Of a stretch of DNA of 60,729 nucleotides, positions 51,244 to 60,729 are shown piece after piece; the stretch's first letter is position 1, and every line of letters starts with the position of its first letter. The notes beneath the pieces were generated by a model that was not told the DNA's origin, did not search any database, and worked only from the letters and a program-made list of their open reading frames with translations. This stretch comes from Nemertoderma westbladi (taxonomy: Eukaryota > Animalia > Xenacoelomorpha): assembly GCA_032718475.1 (NCBI GenBank), contig JAUCBJ010004484.1, forward strand, positions 1 through 60,729, given 5' to 3'. A program made the translations under genes and the position numbers.

Positions 51244-52401
51244 CGGCATTAGTATGGCCTGGGTACCCACTTTTTGACCAATCTTTTTACTATTAAAACG
51301 GCTTTTATCATGAGGTTTTTTCTTCCAGAACTAATATTTGACCTTCTGACATTCAGATTGTAGCTAGTTTTTTAAATTTGTTATAGCGAATTCAATTCCG
51401 CTAACCACCCCACAAAGTTGGACAAGCAGGGCCTTTAAGCAATATTGGGGAGTACGAGGTTGATTGCCAATCGACCTCGTATCACCCCAATAAACGGGGA
51501 CGACAAACCCCAAAGGGCCACACACAATAAGGGTCAGAGGTTACACCTCCGGGAGAGGGAAAGTGACAGTGGAGGGGGATAACACTCCCAGAGAGATGGG
51601 AGGGCGAGAATTAGGTTATTAGCCAATGGGGGGCAGGCATCCGCTGAGTAATATGGCCAACCTAGAGCAGTATATTACCAGTTGTTGTTTCTCATATCAT
51701 TCACTTAGTTAGTCAGTTCAGTTAGGGCGGAACGGCAACTTTTATTACCGTCCGCTGCCGCCACCATCATCAACTATTTTACCGGTGTTTCATTCACTTA
51801 CTTAATTCAATAACTGTGTCTATGCTTTATTCATTCACTATATTTATACATATTAATCAACAACTTCAGAACTCTCAATCCAATAAACTCTTTTCACACA
51901 CGGCGGGGACGCGTAAATAAAACAACCAATCGGTCGGGATTCCCGGATCCCGTCACAAATTTTTTTTACTAGTTAGTAGCTAGTACTATTCACTAGCTAG
52001 TAAAAAAAAGTTATTTTCGAAAAAAAAAAATCTATATAAAAAGTTTATTAATGTAAGTTCCATAGCATCAAGAAAGATATTCTAGAATATATGTTTTAGT
52101 GAGTTTTAGTGTGTTTTGATGAAAAACCAAATAAAAAAAACACTAGCTAGTATAAAATTATTATAATGTATAAAAATACTAGCTATATACCACATGACTC
52201 AGTAATGTAAGTTTAAGTACTAAAAAAAAAATATCTTTTTTTTCAAATTTTTTTTGTGATTAGCTAGAAAAAAACTAGCTACCATCAGAATGTCAGAAGG
52301 TCAAATATTGGTTCTGAAATAAAAAACCTCATGATAAAAGCTATTTAGGCATGTAAAATTTTGGTCAAAAAGTGGATACCCAGGCCATACTAACTAATGC
52401 C
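51244..52401. mobile_element. Long-TIR non-autonomous DNA element hosting the LTR-like insertion
   Basis: tagtatggcctgggtacccactttttgacca...ttctgacatt is inverted at 52270-52392. A partial copy lies at ~24766-24895. Confidence 0.7.
51439..51957 (+). mobile_element. Solo LTR-like repeat
   Basis: Homologous to 1129-1653. Contains CCAAT, a TATA-like motif and AATAAA, and ends in CGTCACA. Confidence 0.6.
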
Positions 52402-52986
52402 GAACCCTCTCACTCTCAAAAATAAGTTCCCTAATTAAATAAACTGAGAGCGTATACTCTCTATCTTGATAATGCTGATAAAGAATAATAGGAAAACCTA
52501 CTTACAGTTGTAGCCATGGCATTTATTCATTATGTAAGTTAATGAAGGTTCTTTATCAGACAGGTGTCAATAATTAAGTTTTTCTTGATCTACTTACAAC
52601 TAGATTGATATGAGAAAGAAATATGACCTATACTAAGTTGGCACCTATACCAACTAGTGAAGTAGTGGAGTAGTATTAATATTTATTAACTTTGTACAAT
52701 AAATAAATAAAGTCAATAATAAATAGAAGACAGGGGGGGGGGGGGGGGGGGGGACTTGACGCAAATCCAATCTCGGAGAATTAATATCCAGTCTCAATGT
52801 TAATTTCCAGACTTAGGGAAAGGAGCAGGCTCCAGTGGCACATTATTCTAACCTAAACAATAAACGAAACTCAATATAACAGGTTACAGTTTTATGGTTG
52901 GATGGGAGTAATCAGCTGTTATTTCCGTCGAATTTCCCCTAGAGATAGCTGAATATATATTGCGTCGAAAATCCCATCCCCCCCCC

Positions 52987-54200
52987 GGTGTCGTCGCGTT
53001 ACGGCTAATGTCGCATTACGGCTAATTTTTAGTGAGATTAGCCGTAACGCGACTTTTAAAGTTGCGGTACGGCTACTCTAAAAGTCGCGTTACGGCTAAT
53101 CTATTGTCTTGGTTTTAGATAGGGAGTCATTATAAATATTATTCTATGGTGTTTACGAACAGATGAGGTCCGAAAAATGTAGGCCTAATGTAATAATGTT
53201 TTACAGCATGGGAGTCTCCGGGGGGGGGGGGGGGATTTTACCACCCTTCATACTGTATGTTCTTTGACAACCTCACATTCAATATAACATTGTATTCTAT
53301 GGTATTCTTAGTCTCAGCCTCAAGCACAGGTACCGAATACAGCCAATAATAGCAGCCATAGAAGAAATTAATTGTTTTGTGGAACATACAGTATTCCACT
53401 ACTTCATATCGATGTTGTTCCAACGCCTGGCTCGCTACCTAGACCATATGGCGTTCTGTTTGGGGACCGACAAGCAGGCAATGGCCGTCCTTCCAGCCGC
53501 CGATCACCCAGTTGAAGGTCCAGTTGCATTGGGAGGCGGTGGTGATCCCGACTGGCATGTTGGTGTATTGAACCACCCCTTCGCAGCCTAACCATTCCAA
53601 CCCAACCCAGCCCGAACCACCCCTTCGCGGCCGAACCATTTCTTCCAAACCCAACCCCGACCACTACTTCGCGGCCTAACCATTCCAACCCACCCAACCA
53701 CCCCTTCGCGGCCGAACCCTTTCTTCCCAACCCACCCCCGGTCCACCCCTTCGCGGCCTAACCATTCCAACCCAACCCACCACCGAACCATATGCCATAC
53801 GCGGGCGATGACTGGACATTTCTTAGTTCAGATCTTTAGTTTTAGATACTTTTGATTTGATTATTATAATGATAAATTCAAAGTGCAATATTTCGGCAAA
53901 ATACTGATATACTTTCAACCAATTTACCTATGGTACTGTGTACTGTATTACTCAATACAACAATAATAATACAATAATTAATAAATTAAGTTTTTTAGTT
54001 AAAATGCCGTTAAAAATAATATTGATAATGATTCCCTATGTAAAACCAAGACAATAGATTAGCCGTAACGCGACAATTAGCCGTAACGCGACTTTTTGAG
54101 TAGCCGTACCGCGACTTTCAAAGTCGCGTTACGGCTACTCAGAAAATTAGCCGTAACGCGACTTTCCGTAACGCGACATTAGCCGTACCGCCACTGCGCC
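52987..54200. mobile_element. Foldback/MuDR-like element with arrays of subterminal GTCGCGTTACGGCTA motifs
   Basis: Imperfect TIRs gg(t/c)g...gcg(t/g)tacggctaatgtcgc; the motif recurs in both orientations at 52990-53100 and 54058-54192. Internal C-rich repeat at 53575-53790. Confidence 0.7.
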
Positions 54201-54255
54201 CCTCCCCCTTCCGATAATTCACAGCAAAACAAAATTTTTCAACGATATTATAAAT

Positions 54256-54591
54256 CTAAAAGAAATAAATAAATAAATGATACCCAATGGCGACATCAGA
54301 TAACTCACCGCACAGGGACTTTTCCTTTCGGCACCGGTTAACAATGACGGTAACGAGGAATATAAAGGGGTGTTCGTAGAAGAGAAGGAGGTTGCACTTG
54401 ACAACGCAGATGATAAAGAAGGCAACGGTGACAAGGAAGTTAACGATTGGGAGAAGGAGGAATGTGTCGCCCTTATTGATACAATAGTCAGCCTCCTTGG
54501 CGACAACAACACAAGCTATTATTATATCGAGACAACCCAATAACACGAGTAATAAAGTTATAGTTCCTTTACAGTTCTTCCAACACGACAT
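54256..54591 (-). CDS. Putative small membrane protein (or first exon of one)
   Basis: ATG-initiated 111-aa ORF with 2-3 hydrophobic, Cys-rich segments; higher GC than its flanks. Confidence 0.4.
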   Translation of the reverse strand: MSCWKNCKGTITLLLVLLGCLDIIIACVVVAKEADYCINKGDTFLLLPIVNFLVTVAFFIICVVKCNLLLFYEHPFIFLVTVIVNRCRKEKSLCGELSDVAIGYHLFIYFF

Positions 54592-55616
54592 TTTCCTATG
54601 ACCTCAATCACTTTGTTATTGGTTTTTAATATTTCACTCAAATAATGATAATTCTATTAAACCTACAATAAAATATTGTTCTGTTATTAAATATTTATTA
54701 ATATATTTAATATCTGTTAGTAATATTTAATTATTGTAATAAACTTTAGGATTGTAAAATATAATACCGGTAGGAATTTTGGAAACTATCTCTAATCTCG
54801 AATGGCCGTGAATGGTATTTGGCAATATAAAAGTATTGTATTTTAAATAATAAATATCATCATTTATGCAGTTCCTTGTTTGTCAAGGAAATAATATGGT
54901 AATATTTAGTAGATATGTCATGTGCCTGGGTTTGGCATTGGACTAACATTCAAAACCTAATGTTTTAACTCTTTAAGATTTATTCAAGAAAAAAGCAGAG
55001 AAAAGAGACAATATAATAAAAACTAGGCCTATCTTTAAATAGTAGCAACCCTGTACTGAGCTGAGTATTGATTGGTGTTAAAGGATAGGCAAGGCAGTGT
55101 GGCATTCATTGCTATATGGGTTTGTACAGTTTAAAGTGTTTCCCAGCCTAGAATAATTGCAACAGCAGGCACAGGCCGCACAAACTGGCAAATCAATGAA
55201 TGAATCTAATTGGATGAATTTAATACGGAGAGGGGTTCATTTAAATAATTGTATTACTAGATAAGTTGGAAGGGGTTTGTAGTATTGACAAATGAGTGCA
55301 GAAATATTGTGTGGCCAATTACATCAGAGTAATACCACATTTAGGTATTCATTACTATTTTGCCTTGCCCAGAGTGTTAGTAAGAACCACTCAGAGACTA
55401 GCAGTCAGCCAAAGAGCTCACTACTTTGGTGAAACCGTATTGTGGTTGGCAATACTCCCCACTTACTAACCCCATGCATGGCCCATACCATGGCGTATGT
55501 TTAGGGGTGTACTGTAGGTGGGCGTGAAGACCAACGCCAATTGGAGTGCAGATTAGATTAGCAGTCAGTAACCACATTTTTGTACCAATTCTATGACCGT
55601 TTGAGTAGTGACTGTA

Positions 55617-56781
55617 GTGACTCTAGTTCTTAAGGGCTTCCGAAACAGTGACTCTAGATGTTAAGGGCTTTCAAAGTTGTGACTCAAGTTGTTAAGGGCT
55701 TCCGAAATAGTGACTTTAGTTGTTAAGGGCTTCAGAAATAGCGACTCTAGTTGTTAAGGGCTTCCGAAATAGTGACTCTAGTTGTTAAGGGCTTCTAAAG
55801 TAGTGACTCTAGTTGTTAAGGGCTTCCGATTCCGAAGGAGTGACTCTAGTTGTTAAGTGCTTCCGAAATAGTGACTCTAGCTGTTAAGGACTTCCGAAAT
55901 AGTGACTCTAGTTGTTAAGTGCTTCCGAAATAGTGACTCCAGTTGTTAAGGGCTTCCGAAGTAGTGACTCTAGTTGTTAAGGGCTTCCGAAGTAGTGACT
56001 CTAGTTGTTAAGGGCTTCCAAAGTAGTGACTCTAGTTCTTAAGGGCTTCCGAAACAGTGACTCTAGATGTTAAGGGCTTTCAAAGTTGTGATTCAAGTTG
56101 TTAAGGGCTTCCGAAATAGTGACTTTAGTTGTTAAGGGCTTCAGAAATAGCGACTCTAGTTGTTAAGGGCTTCCGAAATAGTGACTCTAGTTGTTAAGGG
56201 CTTCTAAAGTAGTGACTCTAGTTGTTAAGGGCTTCCGATTCCGAAGGAGTGACTCTAGTTGTTAAGTGCTTCCGAAATAGTGACTCTAGCTGTTAAGGAC
56301 TTCCGAAATAGTGACTCTAGTTGTTAAGTGCTTCCGAAATAGTGACTCCAGTTGTTAAGGGCTTCCGAAGTAGTGACTCTAGTTGTTAAGGGCTTCCGAA
56401 GTAGTGACTCTAGTTGTTAAGGGCTTCCAAAGTAGTGACTCTAGTTGTTAAGGGCTTCCGATTCCGAAGGAGTGACTCTAGTTGTTAAGTGCTTCCGAAA
56501 TAGTGACTCTAGCTGTTAAGGACTTCCGAAATAGTGACTCTAGTTGTTAAGTGCTTCCGAAATAGTGACTCCAGTTGTTAAGGGCTTCCGAAGTAGTGAC
56601 TCTAGTTGTTAAGGGCTTCCGAAGTAGTGACTCTAGTTGTTAAGGGCTTCCAAAGTAGTGACTCTAGTTGTTAAGGGCTTCCGAAATAGTGACTCTAGTT
56701 GTTAAGGGTTTCTGAAGTAGTGACTCTAGTTGTTAAGGGCTTCCGAACTAGTTACTCTAGTTGTTAAGGGCTTCCAAAGTT
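55617..56781. repeat. 31-bp minisatellite (GTGACTCTAGTTGTTAAGGGCTTCCGAAATA), ~37 copies, with higher-order structure
   Basis: Tandem units whose variant pattern recurs at 409 bp. Confidence 0.97.
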
Positions 56782-57555
56782 AATAACTGGTCTCCGGTAT
56801 TTTTCAAAATAATTATCCGGGTAGGTCTCTGGTTTACCGGGATTAAGAAAAACAGTTCTCTGTTTCAACTCTAGTCGCTATGCAAACTTAGAAAATCAGA
56901 TCGCCGCACAACCTTAAACCATAATTTTTCCCACTGGTTAATCATAAATACAAAATACCAATTATTATTTGTTTCATTAGGTAATTTTTTATATAAACAC
57001 ACAGGGTGGATTACCTGAAGTTATAAAACTCAAAAGTAATGTTGAGCTGTCAATTCTGCAAAATCGCTACCAATGAATAGTAAGGCATACTGTAGGCCTA
57101 TTAACTACACTCACTGGTATTCTCCTCCCATCAGCTGACTACAGTATAAACAATGAAATCATTACAATATAATCGCGTTGGACTTTGTACAGCATGTGTA
57201 TAGATTTGGTCAGGATGTCAAACAACACTACAGTAGGCTTTAAATCCATATTTAATTCCAAAGATATCCTTTAGGGAAGGCAATAGAGAAGACGGATCAA
57301 TCTAAACACCTGCGGGTTCAAGATTTCCGTAAACCCCATTTTACTCATCACTCTGATGTCATTTGTTACAGTAGGGCTATTGCGTAAGGGAAAAATGAAT
57401 ATTTTGACCTTTTAAACTCTATTTTTATATTATTTATTTATTTTCATATAATTCTCCCCATACATCCATGATTTTCAAGAGATACAGAATGCGATTCGTT
57501 ATTGATCATGATAGGGCCAACATTTATATTTAAACTAGAGAATGGCTCCTCATCC

Positions 57556-57934
57556 CAACGGCTCCTCAGCTTAATAGAACATGCTGCTTCTAGTGTTGGT
57601 CTTTTTATTAAGTCCAGAAAGACCAAAATTTTGACAGTTAACTTTGAAAGTCCTCAGCAAGTCTCTGATCGGATGAGCATAAGCTCAAAAGATGGTATGC
57701 TTGAGCATGTGGACGACTTGTTACCTGGGATCATGGAACCGGAAGTCAGGTGAGGACCTTCGAATACGTAAGGGAAAGGCATGGGCAGCCTTAAATAGGC
57801 TTTCCAGGATTTGGAAGTCACCGAGAATTAATCGGAAACTTAAGGTCCGATTATTTAGAGCAGCAGTAGTTCCAGTACTCCTCTATGGGAGTCCATGCTG
57901 GGCTCTAACTGCTGAGGACACCAAATCTCTGGAC
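57556..57934 (+). mobile_element. Internal RTE LINE fragment
   Basis: Near-identical to ~46880-47262 (EHAASSVGLFI...KILTVNFESP...EDTKSLD). Confidence 0.9.
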
Positions 57935-57952
57935 GGTCAGGGCCCTAAACCG

Positions 57953-59935
57953 ATTAGGTTCTCTGTTCGCAGAACACCGAACACTATTCCGGCCACGGAA
58001 CTAGTCCAGCAGAATGCCTTTATAGAATCCTGGGATTTGGGGGACGAGAGGATCTCAGCAACTAAGCGAAAACGAACAATAGGATGTTCCTAGACCCCCC
58101 CCCCCAAAATTTATCCAGAAGACTTTTCGCCATACATAATGTGTTAAAAAAGTCTACGGTTCTCCGGCTAGGGCCAATTTGAGTCAAAAAGTCCGCTTCC
58201 CTAGCAACCACGTTGCTATGGAGCTACAGCCAAAACGGCTAATGCTACGGAGTTGGGACCGGCGCCAATCGATAGGCAGCATATGGGTTTACATTGAAAA
58301 GTGTTATTTTTAAAAGCGCCCGATCATGATCTTGACCGTGATCAGCAAAGATCAGTTTTGATCAGGGATCGGACACTCAAGGCTTGCTCCAATCGAAAAA
58401 CTTAACATTACAAAAAGATTCAGCGACCCCACATTAGTCATGATTCCCGTTAAAAGATTTTAAAAAAAGTGAATTCTTCCCGGTCAAAACGCAAGATCAT
58501 GATCGCGCAAAGATCGGACTTCGTAAAATCGTAACTAAGCATTTTGGATATAAACAATTACTGTAGGAAACGTTCAGAACACCGCCCTGAGTCGATTAAA
58601 AAAAAAATTGGCTCGATCGGACAACCGGTTCTCGAGATCTGATACCTGATCATTAAAGATCAGATTTTTTAGTTTTTTCGGATTTTCTCGAAAACTTTGT
58701 TTGAGACCCCCGATTTTTTTTTTACGAATCGACTTCTATGATGAAGGGGCAACTTTTGAGCATTTCGAAATTTTCAAAAAGCGATTTGATCAGGCCGCGA
58801 TCAGAAAAGATCGTGTTTTCGGTTTTATTTCGAAGACCAAGTCCTGGGAGTTCACCGTATGGAAAAACTTAACATCACAAAAAGATTCCTCACCCTCGAA
58901 TTATGGGGGGTAGCCAAAATTTGGGCATAAAAAAGTTCAAGTCTAGTGGGTCAAAACTCAAGATCATGATCGCGAAAAGATCAGTATATTTAAAATCGAA
59001 TCTAAGCATTTTTCTAATAAACATTCATTGTAAGAAATGTGCAATGGTCTATTCTGAGTTGATTAAAAAAAAATTGGCTCGATCGGGCAACCAGTTCTCG
59101 AGATCAGCTTCCTGATCATAAAAGATCGTGTTTTTCGGTTTTTCCCGATTTTCTCGAAAACTTTGTTTGAGACCCCCGATTTTTTTTTTACTAATCGACT
59201 TCTATTAAGAAGGGGCAACTTTTGAGCATTTCAAAATTTTCAAAAAGCGATTTGATCAGGCCATGATCAGGAAAGATCATGTTTTCGGTTTTATTTCGAA
59301 GACCAAGTCCTGTGAGTTCACCGTATGAAAAAACTTAACATTACAAAAAGATTCCTCACCCTCGAATTAGGGGGGGTAGCCAAAATTTGACCATAAAAAA
59401 GTTCAATTCTAGGGGGTCAAAAGATCATGATCGCAAAATGATCAGTTTTTTCGTAATTACTTCTGAGCATTTTGGGGCAAAACTTTCAAACTAAAAAACA
59501 TTCACTGGAGTGTTCTAAGTAGATTAAAAAAAATTTCGACTCAATAGGCCTACCGGTACCGGAGATATGGTCGTCCAAAGTCTGCTTCCGGTAATTCGAA
59601 AATATTTCGAAAACCCTTGATCGAATTTTTTCCTTGAAAATATGTGAATGTACAGTTAGTGGACCCGCATCTAACGATATATCACAATCCATATTTCGGA
59701 TGACAGGTACCGGTGAAATCAGACTTTACCGAAAAAAATTCAAATTTTAGCTACTCATGTCTGACTATCTCGAAAACTATAATAGGTATGGAAATACTTT
59801 CACTGCAAGAAATGTTCGCCTATCCAATGCGCTTCTAACTCTGTGCTCGGATTTTGCATAGTGTCAAAACCTACAACTTAACCCCCCCAGCGGAGGGAAC
59901 GGAGTGACCGGAGCGCCAGTACTATCTTTCATTAT
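57953..59935. mobile_element. Composite repeat element with ~466-bp internal tandem units (HINE-like)
   Basis: aaaacttaacat(t/c)acaaaaagattc recurs at ~58397, 58863 and 59330. GATC-rich, with a small stem-loop at the left end. Confidence 0.55.
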
Positions 59936-60579
59936 TATGAAGTAATAAGGGCGGTGGGTGGGGTAGGTGGTGAACACTATTTATAGGGTGGAGGGAGGGT
60001 CTAGTATATATTACTTTAGGATATTTGATTTCTTTGCAATATAGTTTAGCTGCCTCAGTCTTATTTGTAATATGTTATACATTATACCAAATTATATCAA
60101 GTTTTAACATACTACATTGTCTACCTGTAGGAGAAATATACAATGTAGGGCTCATAATATATTTATAAATAGATTTAGTATATTTACATTGTATAACAGA
60201 GTTAATTGATACTATTACGGTATTATACTAAAGACGCCGCTTTGATATATCTGATCAAATGGCAATTTCTTGTATATTATCTATTTCACTATCTTGGGTA
60301 TATCATTCAATTTCTAAAACTATAATAATAAACATTTACTTCACTTCTTGTTTACTCGCATGGATATATTGATATAAAACACTTCAGTATAATATCTTAT
60401 AGGGCCAAACGCAGATTAATCGGAATAATATGTTTAATTATTATTACAATTGGCACATTGAAGTAAGTAGTACATGAGTTTGATAAAATAATTATGAATC
60501 TGTATCTTATTCTACTTTGTCTATATGATTATGTTATATAATAATGTTACTTTATCACTTTGGTTTAAACCGATCTCCT

Positions 60580-60646
60580 TTACTATTACTTACTACTTAT
60601 ACTACTACTACTACTACTATTACTACTACTGCTACTGACTACTACA
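60580..60646. repeat. (TAC)n microsatellite
   Basis: Imperfect tactactac run. Confidence 0.85.
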
Positions 60647-60729
60647 GAGTTATATATTATAAGAGGATGGGGTTCGTGATTATTAGTTATTATACAAGTG
60701 CCCCTCGGCTATAGAGAGTCCACCCTCGG

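Overview
AT-rich, intron-containing animal (probably invertebrate) genomic DNA, not prokaryotic. The + strand carries the 3' part of a CFAP65 (CCDC108) motile-cilia gene: 10 exons with phase-consistent GT-AG junctions, 1909-33348. Two antisense genes are nested in its introns: an intronless secreted 10-cysteine Ly6/uPAR-like protein (9072-9752) and a 2-exon ASPDH (19995-23901). The ASPDH exon-1/donor junction has been amplified into a ~1.8 kb tandem array. Downstream are an unknown 2-exon 89-aa coiled-coil gene and an intronless BTBD16, each preceded by an RFX X-box-like motif, and a small hydrophobic ORF. The rest is a dense, often nested set of mobile elements: RTE and RTE-X-like LINEs, a Penelope-like element, Helentron/HINE-like and Crypton-like non-autonomous elements, several TIR MITEs, an LTR-like repeat pair and tRNA-derived SINEs, plus several minisatellites. 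All family assignments come from motif recognition by eye; no database search was run.
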